Assembly: GCA_017520185.1 (NCBI GenBank)
Contig: JAFXGO010000026.1
Span: 14,729 to 78,728, forward strand
Direction of reading: 5' to 3'
From: Elusimicrobiaceae bacterium
GTDB taxonomy: Bacteria > Elusimicrobiota > Elusimicrobia > Elusimicrobiales > Elusimicrobiaceae
DNA length: 64,000 nt
In this document: piece after piece, positions 18,037-32,609 of the stretch
Position numbering within the stretch: position 1 is the stretch's first letter
Layout of the letters: every line of letters begins with the position of its first letter
The notes under the pieces: model-generated
Database searches by the model: none
Told to the model about the DNA's origin: nothing
What the model saw: the letters and a program-made list of their open reading frames with translations, nothing else
Position numbers and translations under genes: made by a program

Positions 18037-18888
18037 TTAAAATTTGGTACTAGCCGATAACGAGAAATAAGTTTTTCTTTGGTCTTTATGGTTTTGTTCA
18101 AAAATTTCAACGCCGCCTGTTAATGTCGTATCCTTTATTGTTAATGCCAGCCCTCCCGCTACGGAAACTGTATAATCGCTGCCCAACAAATATTTATAAC
18201 GCGAATAGACAAGATACGGCGTAATCCACTTGGTCCGATAGGCCACACGCGCAGCGGCAATATCACGCACAAACCCTTGTACCACTGCCGTCATGAACGG
18301 AATTTCCGTCCAGTTAGAAGCCACTTCTTCTCTAGGCTTATCACTATATTTTATCACTTTATCATAGCGTGCTTGCACAAAAAATCGTTCCAACTCAGCC
18401 CCTGCTTCCAATGCAGCGGCATTTGCGACGGTTCTAAATATATACCCCAAAGGTTCCCCTGTGGCATAGGAATCAATTCTATAACGGGCTTGCCCCACAT
18501 TTAATTTAACATAAGGGTTTTGAAAAATACCGCAATGATAGCACAAGGTATATTTGGCTCCTGCTCCATAGGCTACCTCCTGAAAACCTAACCGTTCAGG
18601 GATATATTCCGCTCCGACGGCTATCAACAGATTATCGCTCCATTCATATTGTAAATTTAAGGCAAATTTAGTGGTTGCACCGGATTGATCTTCTTCGCGG
18701 TCGCTCATGCGGTAATAACCGACGGTAGGACGTAAAATAACCCCATTATCCAAATCTAATTTATAATCTCCGCGCATGGCGGCATAGCCGTTATCTCCGT
18801 TTACTGCAGCAAAATGGAGCTGCCCGTAGCAACAAGCTAACGGGCAGACCATTAAAACCAAGAGTAATACAACTTTGAAGCGAAACAT
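18037..18888 (-). CDS. Hypothetical outer-membrane beta-barrel protein
   Basis: Signal-peptide-like N-terminus, alternating aromatic/Gly strands, C-terminal YFSLSASTKF. Confidence 0.55.
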   Translation of the reverse strand: MFRFKVVLLLVLMVCPLACCYGQLHFAAVNGDNGYAAMRGDYKLDLDNGVILRPTVGYYRMSDREEDQSGATTKFALNLQYEWSDNLLIAVGAEYIPERLGFQEVAYGAGAKYTLCYHCGIFQNPYVKLNVGQARYRIDSYATGEPLGYIFRTVANAAALEAGAELERFFVQARYDKVIKYSDKPREEVASNWTEIPFMTAVVQGFVRDIAAARVAYRTKWITPYLVYSRYKYLLGSDYTVSVAGGLALTIKDTTLTGGVEIFEQNHKDQRKTYFSLSASTKF

Positions 18889-19970
18889 TATTTTTTAGCT
18901 TTAGCTTCTTTGGCTTTCAAAGCAGCAATCTTTTTGTCTTCATCTTGTAAGAATTTGACATAGTTGGTTGCTTTGCGTTTTTTCCACGCACCTTTGTGAT
19001 AACCGTAACCGATGATCAACGGAATCAAGGTCGTGCATTCGCCATAAACCATTTGTTCCAAGGCGGTGGAAACTTTACCCCAAGAAGAAGCTTCTTTCAA
19101 GGTAGAACCGGACAAGGCACCATCGCGTTCATCGGCTACGGTGATTTGTACGGCATATTTGTGCATCGGACAATCGGCTCCCAAAATTTCGGCAGCTACT
19201 ACGGTATCTTGAGCAAAGTTCTTCGGCACGCCGCCAGAGAACATCATCAAGCCGGTTTCTTTGGCTTTCATTTTGATTTTGGTGAGTTCCAAGAAATCTT
19301 TAGCACTATCGATAGATACGTGAGCGGTCGGGTGTTCGGTTTGGTGAGCTACAAAACCGAAACCGGCAGAACAGTCGGAGAAAGCCGGTACAAATACGGG
19401 TACACCATATTTGTAAGCATTATAGACCACACTGTCTTTGCCTTTTTTGTTTTGTTCCAACCATTTACCCATTTCCCAGATAAATTCGCGGGAAGAGTAC
19501 GGGCGGGGTTCTAATTCTTCACAGATTTGGTGAATGGTTTCATCGCAGACTTTCAATTCATCTTCGTTGATGTAGGTATCGTAGATGCGGTCAATGTGTA
19601 AGTCGCGCAAAAGGTTGTCATCAGCGTTGTGAGGGGTGCCCAAATAGTGTTTATAACCTAAAGCTTCAAAGAAGTCTTGGTCTACAATGTTGGCGCCGTT
19701 AGAAACGATAGCATCCACCATTTTGTTTTGGATCATGTCTACAATAATTTTTTTCAAACCAGCAGAAATCAAAGAACCGGCGATACATAAAATAACGGAG
19801 CAGTTCTTATCAGAGAGCATCTGATGATAAATTTTGCTGGCGCGAGCCAAGTCGCGGGAAGAATACGCCATAGATTCAAAGGCCTCTACCATAGGAACAA
19901 CATTATATTTTTTCATATCAATGTGTTTAATGGTGGCTTTGAGGAAGTCTTTTTGCGTGAGTTTTGCCAT
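18888..19970 (-). CDS. Deoxyhypusine synthase-like protein
   Basis: GANIVDQDFFE, RIYD, PAFSDCSAG, GGVPKNF, GALSGSTLKEASSWGKV motifs. Confidence 0.9.
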   Translation of the reverse strand: MAKLTQKDFLKATIKHIDMKKYNVVPMVEAFESMAYSSRDLARASKIYHQMLSDKNCSVILCIAGSLISAGLKKIIVDMIQNKMVDAIVSNGANIVDQDFFEALGYKHYLGTPHNADDNLLRDLHIDRIYDTYINEDELKVCDETIHQICEELEPRPYSSREFIWEMGKWLEQNKKGKDSVVYNAYKYGVPVFVPAFSDCSAGFGFVAHQTEHPTAHVSIDSAKDFLELTKIKMKAKETGLMMFSGGVPKNFAQDTVVAAEILGADCPMHKYAVQITVADERDGALSGSTLKEASSWGKVSTALEQMVYGECTTLIPLIIGYGYHKGAWKKRKATNYVKFLQDEDKKIAALKAKEAKAKK

Positions 19971-20144
19971 TTTTTTCTTACACCTCGTATGGTTGATTTT
20001 TTGCGCCCAAAAAGACGCGTTTTTTCTTTCCGATTTCTCGTAATATAAATTATATGAAAAATAAATCTTTTTTCATAGTAAAATATAAGAAATTAAGGAT
20101 AAAAATTTTTCATCAAAAATTAAGCACGCAAAAAAGGAGATTTT

Positions 20145-21392
20145 ATGTATCCCGAAATTCAAAAACAAGACCCCGAAGTTTTTGCCGCTATTTCTTCTGA
20201 ATTAAACCGTCAACGTCATAAATTAGAACTGATCGCTTCTGAAAATTTTACTTCTTTGGCTGTTATGCAGGCGCAAGGCTCTGTGCTTACCAATAAATAC
20301 GCCGAAGGGTATCCTGCCAAACGTTATTATGGCGGTTGCGAACATGTAGACACGGTGGAAAATTTGGCCATTGAACGCGCCAAAAAGATTTTCGGCGCGG
20401 AGCATGCCAATGTACAACCTCACTCCGGTGCACAAGCCAATATGGCGGTGTACTTTGCTTTGCTTCAACCGGGAGATACCGTCTTAGGCTTGAACCTTTC
20501 TCACGGGGGTCACTTAACGCACGGACACCCGATGAACTTTTCGGGCAAACTTTACAATATTGTAGCCATGAATGTGCGCCAAGATACCGAAGAAATAGAT
20601 TATGAAGAAGCCGCCCGACTGGCTCAAGAACACAAACCCAAACTGATTTTTGCCGGAGCGTCCAACTATTCCCGCGTGTTTGATTGGAAAAAATTGCGTG
20701 AAATTGCTGACTCTTGCGGTGCTTATTTAGCCTGTGATGTGGCTCATTATGCAGGGCTTATCGCTGCCGGAGAATATCCCAACCCCGTACCATTTGCAGA
20801 TGTTGTGACAACCACTACCCATAAAACATTGCGTGGTCCGCGCGGTGGGTTGATTTTGTGCAAAGAAAGTTTAGCCAAAGCTATCAACTCTTCTGTATTT
20901 CCGGGAGTGCAAGGCGGGCCTTTGATGCATGTTATAGCGGCTAAAGCCGTCTGCTTTGGGGAAGCCTTAACTCCGCAGTTTAAAGCATATCAACATCAAG
21001 TAATGCTCAATGCAAAAACATTGGCAAAGGCTTTGCAAGAAAAGGGATACCGCTTAGTGGCCGGTGGCACAGATAGTCATGTAATGTGCTTAGATCTACG
21101 TGCCAAAGGGATTACCGGAAAAGTGGCAGAAGCGGCTTTGGACAAAGCAGGCATTACCGCTAATAAAAATACGATTCCCTTTGACCCTGAAAAACCCTTT
21201 GTCACCAGTGGTCTGCGCATCGGTACGCCTGCCATTACCTCGCGCGGTATGAAAGAAGAAGATATGGCATACGTAGCAGACTTTATCGACCGAGCTATTG
21301 CTCATCACGACGATGATGCTTATCTGGCAGGCGTGGCCCAAGAAGTGGAAAATTTCTTAGAAAAATTTCCGCTTTATCCAAGTTTAGGATAA
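20145..21392 (+). CDS. glyA: Serine hydroxymethyltransferase
   Basis: [32 protein letters not shown]-lysine motif. Confidence 0.98.
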   Translation: MYPEIQKQDPEVFAAISSELNRQRHKLELIASENFTSLAVMQAQGSVLTNKYAEGYPAKRYYGGCEHVDTVENLAIERAKKIFGAEHANVQPHSGAQANMAVYFALLQPGDTVLGLNLSHGGHLTHGHPMNFSGKLYNIVAMNVRQDTEEIDYEEAARLAQEHKPKLIFAGASNYSRVFDWKKLREIADSCGAYLACDVAHYAGLIAAGEYPNPVPFADVVTTTTHKTLRGPRGGLILCKESLAKAINSSVFPGVQGGPLMHVIAAKAVCFGEALTPQFKAYQHQVMLNAKTLAKALQEKGYRLVAGGTDSHVMCLDLRAKGITGKVAEAALDKAGITANKNTIPFDPEKPFVTSGLRIGTPAITSRGMKEEDMAYVADFIDRAIAHHDDDAYLAGVAQEVENFLEKFPLYPSLG

Positions 21393-21397
21393 AAACT

Positions 21398-21427
21398 AAA
21401 ATCCCGCTCAAAAGAGCGGGATTTTTT
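21398..21427. terminator. Bidirectional terminator between glyA and the convergent gene
   Basis: AAAATCCCGCTC-AAAA-GAGCGGGATTTT. Confidence 0.85.
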
Positions 21428-21800
21428 ATTGTTCTACAGGTACAAGATCTATTGCCACATTTTGTCTATCAAGTGTTTTTGCTCCCGGGAAAAATAGACC
21501 AATAACAGGAAATATAAACAAAATAGTACCTACAATATCAAGGATTCCTGTAGTACTAATTTCATTGTCAATAGAACTATATCCCGGATAATATCCTTTT
21601 GCCTTTACCATAATTTGAACATCTCTATTTCTTTTAGCACTAAATTCTGCATGATTTCCGCGACCGATTAATTCTCCGTTTGCATAAATTTCCGCTGTAG
21701 GAGTAGCCGTCATTACCGTCACTCTTTGACGGGAACCTACAAACGCAGAGCAACCTGTTAGGTAACTAATCATTAAAAAAATTGCTACTAATTTCTTCAT
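21426..21800 (-). CDS. Putative lipoprotein with PEGA-like domain
   Basis: Lipobox LTGC; PTAEIYANGELIG; RBS AAGGAG. Confidence 0.65.
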   Translation of the reverse strand: MKKLVAIFLMISYLTGCSAFVGSRQRVTVMTATPTAEIYANGELIGRGNHAEFSAKRNRDVQIMVKAKGYYPGYSSIDNEISTTGILDIVGTILFIFPVIGLFFPGAKTLDRQNVAIDLVPVEQ

Positions 21801-21953
21801 TTTTTTCTCCTTTTAAAGTTTTCTAGTAATAATTATACCAAAACTCATTTGGGTAAAGGCTGAGCGTAAAAGCAACATAGGAGAAAACTTTATGTTTTCT
21901 CCTATGTGCGAAATCTAAACAACTGTAAAAGCCGTTAATAAAACAAGCCGTTA

Positions 21954-22763
21954 TTACTTCACCATCACAAACGGCATATCTCCGCTGCCCATATAATGCG
22001 GCATTCTGCCGTCCCATTTTTCAATGGCTTTGAGTTGCGCTTCCACTTGGCGGAGTTTAATCAAATTGTCGGATACTACTTCCCTTTGCAAGCGCAAAGA
22101 TTTGGCTTCCGCTTCGGCCTGCAAAATTTTTTGTTCTGCTTCTTTTTTCACTTTTTCCACTAAATTGGTGGCGCGTTTGGCTTCTTGCTCGGCAATTTGT
22201 TTTTCTTCTACTGCTTTTAAAAACTGCGGAGAAAACTCAAAATTGGTAATAGCAATATCGGACACGATAACTTGTTTTTCTTTCATCTTTTCTTTCAAGA
22301 TTTGGTCCAATTCTTTGGCCACTTGTACGCGGTTAGAAATCAAACTATCGGCAGAATATTTGGCAATAACGGCTTTGGTCCATTCTTCCACCATTGGGCG
22401 CAAAATGGTGTTGGTATAGTCCGGCCCCAAGTTGCGATAAATGGAAATGATGGTTTCGGGCATAATGCGGTGATTAATAGCCAAGCGAAGACCTACCGTC
22501 TGCAAATCTTTTGAAAAGGCTTCCGTATCAAAAGAATCTTTTTTAATACGTACGGAAAATTTTTCCACCTTATCAATCAAAGGCAGTTTCAGATGAAGTC
22601 CTTCGGTATAAGATCCCACCAACTTACCAAAGCGAAGTTTCACTGCTACGCTACCGGCCGGCACCGTAAAATACGAGCCTAAAGCCACCACTATTAAAGC
22701 CAAAATAATAATGGGGGCAATATACTTCTTTACTTCTATTTTTTTTATCGTCACATTTTTCAT
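21954..22763 (-). CDS. Prohibitin/SPFH family protein
   Basis: N-terminal TM helix, GLHLKLP, DLQTV, AVEEKQIAEQ; start at ATG 22763 after AAGGA. Confidence 0.88.
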   Translation of the reverse strand: MKNVTIKKIEVKKYIAPIIILALIVVALGSYFTVPAGSVAVKLRFGKLVGSYTEGLHLKLPLIDKVEKFSVRIKKDSFDTEAFSKDLQTVGLRLAINHRIMPETIISIYRNLGPDYTNTILRPMVEEWTKAVIAKYSADSLISNRVQVAKELDQILKEKMKEKQVIVSDIAITNFEFSPQFLKAVEEKQIAEQEAKRATNLVEKVKKEAEQKILQAEAEAKSLRLQREVVSDNLIKLRQVEAQLKAIEKWDGRMPHYMGSGDMPFVMVK

Positions 22764-22794
22764 AAATATTTCCTTGTTAGAATATATATAAAGA

Positions 22795-24261
22795 TTAGAT
22801 GTCGTAAGAGAAAATCTTACTTTCAAACGGTTTTAACTCTATGCTAAAACCTTGCTGTTGCATTTGTGCAGTAAAAGGCACTTCCGCTTTGGAGAATTCT
22901 TCTATCAAGGCTTTCCCTTCCCCACCGGCGGCTTTCAGTTTCAGATAGCATTTTACGGGCTTATCGCTATAATTAATCAGCACCGTAGAGGCTGTGTTCA
23001 TTTGTTTCCATGTCCAACACAAAATATTACGGTAGCTTTCATCTTCTTCCGCCACCGGCCCAACGGAAGTTAAAGACCATTGACCGCCATGAAAAGCAGG
23101 TTTGGAAGCAATTTGTAAAAGTTTTTCGTAATAAGAACGAATTTGTTCATCCGGTTCAAATGTGGGATATATGTACTGAACGGGTACACGCGAAGGACGA
23201 CCCAACATTTGATATAAATAAACCATGCGAGCACCGGGCAACGTGGCGATAATTGTGCTGGCCGCTAAGGATTTTTCCCGCCCAAAGGCCTTGATGGCAT
23301 CTTCTTCATCATGGTTGGAAGTAAAGCGAATAGAACGCATTTGGAACAAATGCTCTGCACCTAAATGCCCTTTAATATTTTCGGGATTGGAAAAGCGAAG
23401 ACGGTCGTAAAGCACTTTGTCATAGGTATAGTCAAAGCCCAATTCTTGGATTTCCCATTCCAAACCCCAATATACTTCTGCTATAAACGTAAACTGCGGA
23501 TATAGGGCACGCACACTCTGCAAAGCCTCTGCCCAAAATTCAGTACGGGGCAACTCTCCTCCGATAAATTCCCACCAAGTATCCCGATGTACCTTGTTTA
23601 AGGAAAGCATGGCCATATCACACCGCACACCGTCGCACATATCTGCTACTTTGAGCAGATTTTTAATCATAAAATCACGCGTTTTAGGATTAAAATAGTT
23701 AAGTTGTGCCGTATCCGTCCATGGGGCGAAATAAGGATCTCTTCCATGTGCAATCCATTTGCCGTTTTCGGTTTTAAAAAACCAATCTCTATGCATATGC
23801 GGCTCATGGTCTGCCGTATTAATATATAAATCAGGATCGGAAGATACGAAAGGACAATCGATAGCGGTATGATTGGAAACAAAATCTAAAAATAAAGAAA
23901 TGCCCATTTCGTTTAATTTTTGACGCAAAGCCTTTAAACTTTCGTTTCCGCCCAAATCTTCTGCTACTTCATAATCGTAAATAGCATAAGGAGAGGCAAT
24001 AATATCTTCCGTTTTAAATTCTGGATTAACTTGACGGACTTGTTCTTTAATATCCGGATGAGAACGGGCAATTTCACCTGCTTGGGGACTTTGTTTCCAC
24101 ACACCCATCAACCAAATGGCATCAAACCCGCTCTTTTTAAAGGAAAGCCAATAATGTTCGGGGATTTCATGTAAAGCAAAATGCCGCCCATGATTGGCCT
24201 GTAAACGGGTCAACCATGCACGAGTATTAATTTCTAAAATATGCGGATTTGTCCTCATCAT
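22795..24261 (-). CDS. GH13 alpha-amylase family protein (no signal peptide)
   Basis: DFVSNH, DGVRCDMA, FIAEVYW, NHDE catalytic regions. Confidence 0.88.
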   Translation of the reverse strand: MMRTNPHILEINTRAWLTRLQANHGRHFALHEIPEHYWLSFKKSGFDAIWLMGVWKQSPQAGEIARSHPDIKEQVRQVNPEFKTEDIIASPYAIYDYEVAEDLGGNESLKALRQKLNEMGISLFLDFVSNHTAIDCPFVSSDPDLYINTADHEPHMHRDWFFKTENGKWIAHGRDPYFAPWTDTAQLNYFNPKTRDFMIKNLLKVADMCDGVRCDMAMLSLNKVHRDTWWEFIGGELPRTEFWAEALQSVRALYPQFTFIAEVYWGLEWEIQELGFDYTYDKVLYDRLRFSNPENIKGHLGAEHLFQMRSIRFTSNHDEEDAIKAFGREKSLAASTIIATLPGARMVYLYQMLGRPSRVPVQYIYPTFEPDEQIRSYYEKLLQIASKPAFHGGQWSLTSVGPVAEEDESYRNILCWTWKQMNTASTVLINYSDKPVKCYLKLKAAGGEGKALIEEFSKAEVPFTAQMQQQGFSIELKPFESKIFSYDI

Positions 24262-24331
24262 ATATTCCCCAAATATTTTATAGCACTTTATAAGTAGATT
24301 GTAAAGTTTTTCATTGATTAAATCTACTTCT

Positions 24332-24360
24332 AAAAAACCCCGAGAAAACTCGGGGTTTTT
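24332..24360. terminator. Terminator after gyrA
   Basis: AAAAAACCCCGAG-AAAA-CTCGGGGTTTTT. Confidence 0.85.
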
Positions 24361-24368
24361 GAAAGATT

Positions 24369-26885
24369 TTATTTATCTTCTTCGGCTTCTTCTTCGTCTT
24401 TGACCACCGGAGCGATACGAGCTATTTTGTCTCCTTCCTCCAGTTTCACCAGACGTACGCCCTGAGCATTGCGCCCGACAGAACGAATTTCTTCACAGCG
24501 GATACGAATCGTCATACCCTTTTCTGTGACGACCATTAAGTCTTTGGTTTCGTCTACCAGTTTAATACCCACTACTTCACCGTTGCGTTCGCTGGTTTTG
24601 ATAGTAATCACACCCATACCGCCACGATGTTGGCGTCTATATTCACCAAAGCCGGTGCGTTTGCCGTATCCGTTTTCACAGACGGATAGCACATCCGGTT
24701 CTTGGCCTTGAGGTACTTGTTCCATCCCTACCACCAAGTCATCGGCTTGCAAGAAGATAGAGCGCACACCTTTGGCCGGACGGCCCATCGCACGCACTTG
24801 GTTTTCGTCAAAACGGATTGATTTGCCGTTCTTGGTGGCTACGATGATATCAGAGTTTCCATACGTCATTTGCACACTGATTAACACATCTCCTTCTTCC
24901 AATCCAATAGCAATAATACCCGTTTTGCGAATATTGGCAAATTCACCCAATTCCACGCGTTTAATCGTGCCCATGCGTGTACACATGGTTAAATAAGATT
25001 TTTCACCTTCGTTCTTTTTCGGATTAAAGTCCTCAATAGATACGGCAGAGGTCACTTTTTCTTCTCCGTTTAGTTGCAACAAGTTGACTAAGGCTTTACC
25101 CTTAGACATACGGTTGCCTTCCGGAATTTCAAAAGCACGCAAAGCAAATACGCGTCCGCGATTGGTAAACATCAAGATAGTGGCATGAGAAGAAGTAATA
25201 AACAAATGTTCCATAAAATCTTCTTCTTTGGTTTTTCCGCCGATAATTCCTTTTCCGCCTCTGTTTTGGCTCTTATAAGTGGAAAGAGGAATACGTTTGG
25301 CATAACCATCGTTAGAGATAGTGATCACCACATCTTCTTTTTCAATCAAATCTTCCATAGAGAATTCTGTCATATCCGGACCAATTTCCGTACGACGTTC
25401 ATCTCCATAGTTCTTTTTGAGTTCTGCCAATTCCGAAACAATAATGTCCAAGATTTTTTGCGGATCAGCCAAAATACCTTGCAATTCGGCAATCAGTTTT
25501 AAAAGTTCCTTTTGTTCTTGCTCAATAGCCGCGCTGGACAATTGCGTAAGTTGATGCAAACGCATATCTAAAATGGCTTGAGCTTGAACTTCGGAAAGAT
25601 TAAATTTGTTCATCAAAGCCAATTTTGCCGTTGGAACGTCTTGGGAGGAGCGGATAATGGCCACCACTTCGTCCATATTGGCAATGGCAATGAGTAAGCC
25701 AGACAAAATGTGTTCGCGGCGGATGGCTTTGTTCAAGTCAAATTTCGTGCGGTTGGTGACGATTTCTTGACGGTGTTTTACATAGGCTTTCATCACGTCT
25801 TTTAAAGACAAGATACGCGGACGACCATCTACAATGGCCAACATATTTACTGCAAAAGAAGTTTGAAGTTGCGTATGTTTGAATAAGTGATTAAGCACCA
25901 CTTGGGCATTTCCGTCACGCTTTACTTCTATCACCAAGCGCATACCTCGACGGTCCGACTCATCGCGAATATCGGAAATATCAGTAATCTTTTTATCGCG
26001 AACCAAACCCACAATACTCTCAATCAAAGAAGTTTTATTCACCATGTAGGGGATTTCCGTCACTACAATGGCTTCACGTCCGCCTTTTCTTTCTTCAATT
26101 TCCGTTTTGGCTTGTACTTTTACACTACCGCGACCGGTTTCAAAATATTCGTAAATACCTCTGGTACCGCGAATAATAGCACCTGTAGGGAAGTCCGGTC
26201 CTTTAATGATTTTCATCATTTCTTTGGTGGTAATGGCCGGATTTTTGATATATTCAATAATGCCGTCACATACTTCGCCTAAATTGTGAGTAGGAATATT
26301 GGTAGCCATACCTACGGCAATACCGGAGGAACCGTTCACAAGCAAAGCAGGCACTTTGGCCGGCAAGACGGAAGGTTCTTCCAAAGATCCGTCATAGTTA
26401 GGAATCATTTTGACGGTATCTTTATCCAAATCGTTTAACATTTCATCAGAAATTTTTTGTAAACGACACTCTGTATAACGCATGGCGGCGGCGGAGTCAC
26501 CATCGATAGAGCCGAAGTTTCCCTGTCCGTCTACTAACGGTTGACGAATAGAGAAATCCTGTGCCATACGTACTAAGGTATCATATACGGCTGTATCGCC
26601 GTGCGGGTGATATTTACCGAGTACGTCACCTACGACACGGGCGGATTTTTTATAGGGTTTATTATATTTTAAACCCATTTCATTCATAGAATAAAGCACA
26701 CGGCGGTGTACCGGTTTCAAACCGTCACGTACATCCGGCAAAGCACGCCCCACAATTACGCTCATAGCATAATCAATGTAATAAGAACGCATCTCATGTG
26801 CAATATCGCGTTGTTGAATATTACCAAACAAATCTACATTTGTTTCTTGCGGCTCTTGCACCGCACCCGTCAATTCTTCGCTCAT
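24369..26885 (-). CDS. gyrA: DNA gyrase subunit A
   Basis: [16 protein letters not shown], GyrA-box QNRGGKG. Confidence 0.98.
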   Translation of the reverse strand: MSEELTGAVQEPQETNVDLFGNIQQRDIAHEMRSYYIDYAMSVIVGRALPDVRDGLKPVHRRVLYSMNEMGLKYNKPYKKSARVVGDVLGKYHPHGDTAVYDTLVRMAQDFSIRQPLVDGQGNFGSIDGDSAAAMRYTECRLQKISDEMLNDLDKDTVKMIPNYDGSLEEPSVLPAKVPALLVNGSSGIAVGMATNIPTHNLGEVCDGIIEYIKNPAITTKEMMKIIKGPDFPTGAIIRGTRGIYEYFETGRGSVKVQAKTEIEERKGGREAIVVTEIPYMVNKTSLIESIVGLVRDKKITDISDIRDESDRRGMRLVIEVKRDGNAQVVLNHLFKHTQLQTSFAVNMLAIVDGRPRILSLKDVMKAYVKHRQEIVTNRTKFDLNKAIRREHILSGLLIAIANMDEVVAIIRSSQDVPTAKLALMNKFNLSEVQAQAILDMRLHQLTQLSSAAIEQEQKELLKLIAELQGILADPQKILDIIVSELAELKKNYGDERRTEIGPDMTEFSMEDLIEKEDVVITISNDGYAKRIPLSTYKSQNRGGKGIIGGKTKEEDFMEHLFITSSHATILMFTNRGRVFALRAFEIPEGNRMSKGKALVNLLQLNGEEKVTSAVSIEDFNPKKNEGEKSYLTMCTRMGTIKRVELGEFANIRKTGIIAIGLEEGDVLISVQMTYGNSDIIVATKNGKSIRFDENQVRAMGRPAKGVRSIFLQADDLVVGMEQVPQGQEPDVLSVCENGYGKRTGFGEYRRQHRGGMGVITIKTSERNGEVVGIKLVDETKDLMVVTEKGMTIRIRCEEIRSVGRNAQGVRLVKLEEGDKIARIAPVVKDEEEAEEDK

Positions 26886-26948
26886 TGTTTATAAGCTCCT
26901 GTAAAACGTTTAAAATCTTCCCCCGCTCGATGAGAGAGCGGGGTTTTA

Positions 26949-29727
<2,779 letters not shown>

Positions 29728-30837
29728 TTATATCCTCACCGGCATAATGACGTATTTTAATTCTTCATTTTCCACCGGTTCAATAAGTACCGGTTGAGAA
29801 GCATTAACAAAAGAGAAATTTACTTTCTCACTACCTACATTTTTTAGTACATCAATAATATATTGAGGATTAAAAGCGCAATCAAAAGCTTCTTGCGTAT
29901 ATTCAATAGGTAATTCGTCGGTAAATTCCATATTTTGAGATGTAGAAGAAATAGTCATAGTATTATTTTCTATATGAAATTTGACAGTTTTTCCAAACTC
30001 ACCCGAACATAAAGCCGCGCGACGAGTAGAAGCTAATAACTCTTTGGTAAAAACATCAAAAGATATGTTTTTCTTATTAGGAATTACTTGTTTGTAGTTT
30101 GGAAAATTCCCTTCAATCAAACGAGAAATAAAGGTAGTTTCATTCATTTGAAAACTAACTTGATTAGAAGCTACATTCACATGAATTTGAGTATCTTTAT
30201 CCGGTTTAGCTAAAGAGATAAAACGAACTACTTCATTTAAAATTTTAGTAGGAATAATAATTTTAAATTCACCGGAATCCGGTAAAGCAGCATGAGAAGC
30301 TACTGCCAAACGTCCACCATCGGTAGCAACTACTTCAAATTTTTCAGCGGTATTACTCCATAAAAGGCCGTTTAAAATATAACGAGTTTCCTGTGTAGAA
30401 GCAGAAAAGGCCGTTTTATCTATCATATTTTGTAATGCTAAAGGACTTAATACCATGCTGCCTGTTTTTTCAATTTCGGGAATGGCCGGATATTCTGATT
30501 TAGGAGTACCTATAACCCAAAATTTACTTTTACCAGATTTAATATGAAATTTATTATTTTCACCGGTATAGAGATTAATTTCTTTACCGTCAGGAAGATT
30601 TTTAATAATATCAGAAAAATCCTTCATCGGTACAGTTATACTTCCTTCTTCTTCAATCTCAGCAGAAATATAATGTACAGTGGCCATTTCCATATCAGTA
30701 CGAACTAATTTTAATTTGTTTTCCTGAGTTTCAATTAAAAAGTTATGCAAAATGGGCAACGTAGTACGGGAAGATGAACCCGTAGAAATAACCTGAATAC
30801 CTTCCAAAAGAGTTTCTTTAGTAATATTTATTTTCAT
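29728..30837 (-). CDS. dnaN: DNA polymerase III beta sliding clamp
   Basis: LPIL, TDME, RYILNG, ATDGGRL, RLIEGNFP, C-terminal VIMPVR. Confidence 0.96.
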   Translation of the reverse strand: MKINITKETLLEGIQVISTGSSSRTTLPILHNFLIETQENKLKLVRTDMEMATVHYISAEIEEEGSITVPMKDFSDIIKNLPDGKEINLYTGENNKFHIKSGKSKFWVIGTPKSEYPAIPEIEKTGSMVLSPLALQNMIDKTAFSASTQETRYILNGLLWSNTAEKFEVVATDGGRLAVASHAALPDSGEFKIIIPTKILNEVVRFISLAKPDKDTQIHVNVASNQVSFQMNETTFISRLIEGNFPNYKQVIPNKKNISFDVFTKELLASTRRAALCSGEFGKTVKFHIENNTMTISSTSQNMEFTDELPIEYTQEAFDCAFNPQYIIDVLKNVGSEKVNFSFVNASQPVLIEPVENEELKYVIMPVRI

Positions 30838-31024
30838 ATTCTTATTATTCCTATTATATGTCCTGTTGATGGTGTGGATTTTGTTAATTTATCTATATAA
30901 ATCTGTTATCTTACTTGTTAATAAGTCTGTTAATTTATAAACATCATAAACATAACTTTTGTTTATAGACTGTTTGTTTTTGGTTTTTCCCCAAATTATC
31001 CACTTTTTCTATTTGTTATCCACA
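30838..31024. other. Probable oriC component: AT-rich dnaA-dnaN intergenic region with DnaA boxes
   Basis: TTATCCACA 31016-31024, TTATCCACT 30996-31004, TGTTAATAA 30917-30925, TGTGGATTT 30873-30881; gene orientation switches nearby. Confidence 0.7.
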
Positions 31025-32397
31025 GCTTTAATATCACTTAAAATTCGGTTAATTTCAGCTGCGAAAAAGGGATCGTTTTTTATTTTATCTTTTACCAAAT
31101 CACGGGCATGAACTACAGTACTGTGATCTCTGTTAAATTCTCTGCCTATTTCCGATAAAGACATATCCGTCAGAGACGTCGTTAAATAAATAGCTATTTG
31201 TCTGGGCCATGCAATAGATTGCATTTTACGTTTAGAACTAAAATCTTCTATTTCTATTTTGAAATATTTACCCACTACTTTTTTAATAGTGTGTACGTTT
31301 ACGGCTAAACGTTTTTCTTCTAAAGTTAAGATATCTGCTAATAATTCTTTTGCAATAGCAATGGTAGGTATTACTCCATGCATATCACAATAAGACATAA
31401 GTCTAAATAAAGCCCCTTCTAATTCACGTATATTGGTTTGTATGCCTTCAGCAATAAAAGCCAAAACATCATCTCCAATATCAAAATTAATAGATTCTCT
31501 TTTTTGTCTTAAAATGGCGATACGTGCTTCAAAATAAGGTTTTTTAATCTCACAGGTAGGTCCGGACAATAAACGAGATGAAAGACGTTCGTCTAAATCT
31601 AATTGTTGAGGGGTTCTGTCAGAAGATAAAACAATCTGTTTACTGCTTTCAAATAAAGCATTAAATGTATGGAAAAATTCTTGAACACTTACTTTGTCGG
31701 ATTTTCCGGCGACGAATTGAATATCGTCCATTAATAAACAATCTAAAGATCTATATTTTTTGCGGAAATTTTCCGTTGCACTGTATTGGATAGCTTCTAC
31801 ATATTCTGCCACAAATTCTTCCGCAGACATATATAATACTTTAGCACTCGGATTATTTTTTAAAATTTGGTTTCCGATAGCATGTAATAAGTGGGTTTTT
31901 CCTAATCCCGGAGTGGAATAAATAAATAAAGGATTATGAGATCTATCTCCTAATTTATTAGCCGCTGCCTGAGAAATTTTATAAGCAAAGCGGTTAGACG
32001 GAGATTCAATAAAATTATCAAATTGATATAAAGAGTTTAAACGGGAAGGAAAAAGATTTTTTTTGATAACCGGCGCAACAGAAACCGCCTGAGGGGCAGA
32101 TACAGGGCTTTGATTTTCTTCTCCAACAGATTGAATAGTTTCTTTAATTTCTTTAATAATATAGGTAATAGAAATCTCTAAACCGGTATGTTTTAAAAAA
32201 GCATCTTTAATTATATTTTCGTAGCGGTTTTGTATTGTTTTTTGCCAAAAAGTGTTAGGCAATTGTATAGATAAATTAGTATTATCCAACTCAAATACGG
32301 CAGGTCTAATCCACATATCATAGGTATCTTTGCCTAAAATTGTTTCTAATTCTTTAAAAATAGGAGATAATTGTTCATTAGATTGTAGATTGTCCAC
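31009..32397 (-). CDS. dnaA: Chromosomal replication initiator DnaA (GTG start)
   Basis: [39 protein letters not shown]. Confidence 0.97.
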   Translation of the reverse strand: MDNLQSNEQLSPIFKELETILGKDTYDMWIRPAVFELDNTNLSIQLPNTFWQKTIQNRYENIIKDAFLKHTGLEISITYIIKEIKETIQSVGEENQSPVSAPQAVSVAPVIKKNLFPSRLNSLYQFDNFIESPSNRFAYKISQAAANKLGDRSHNPLFIYSTPGLGKTHLLHAIGNQILKNNPSAKVLYMSAEEFVAEYVEAIQYSATENFRKKYRSLDCLLMDDIQFVAGKSDKVSVQEFFHTFNALFESSKQIVLSSDRTPQQLDLDERLSSRLLSGPTCEIKKPYFEARIAILRQKRESINFDIGDDVLAFIAEGIQTNIRELEGALFRLMSYCDMHGVIPTIAIAKELLADILTLEEKRLAVNVHTIKKVVGKYFKIEIEDFSSKRKMQSIAWPRQIAIYLTTSLTDMSLSEIGREFNRDHSTVVHARDLVKDKIKNDPFFAAEINRILSDIKAVDNK

Positions 32398-32429
32398 TTC
32401 GAGTTCCGCCTAAAAATAATATATATTAA

Positions 32430-32458
32430 ATCTTATCAATTATAAAATCCAACGTCAA
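32430..32458 (-). promoter_or_regulatory. Sigma70-type promoter of dnaA
   Basis: TTGACG-N17-TAAGAT with extended TG on the minus strand. Confidence 0.7.
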
Positions 32459-32600
32459 CTATAAAAAATACAGTTTTACGGTTTAAATCACAAAAAACCC
32501 CTAAAATTCTTGTTTTTTAAAAAAATGGCTATTTACCCCTTTAAAAATAATAAAAACTTTTAATTTTTTAATTTAAACGATAAAACGTAAAAAAATATAT

Positions 32601-32609
32601 TTATCCACA
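32601..32609 (+). promoter_or_regulatory. Perfect DnaA box upstream of dnaA
   Basis: TTATCCACA inside a very AT-rich intergenic region. Confidence 0.65.
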
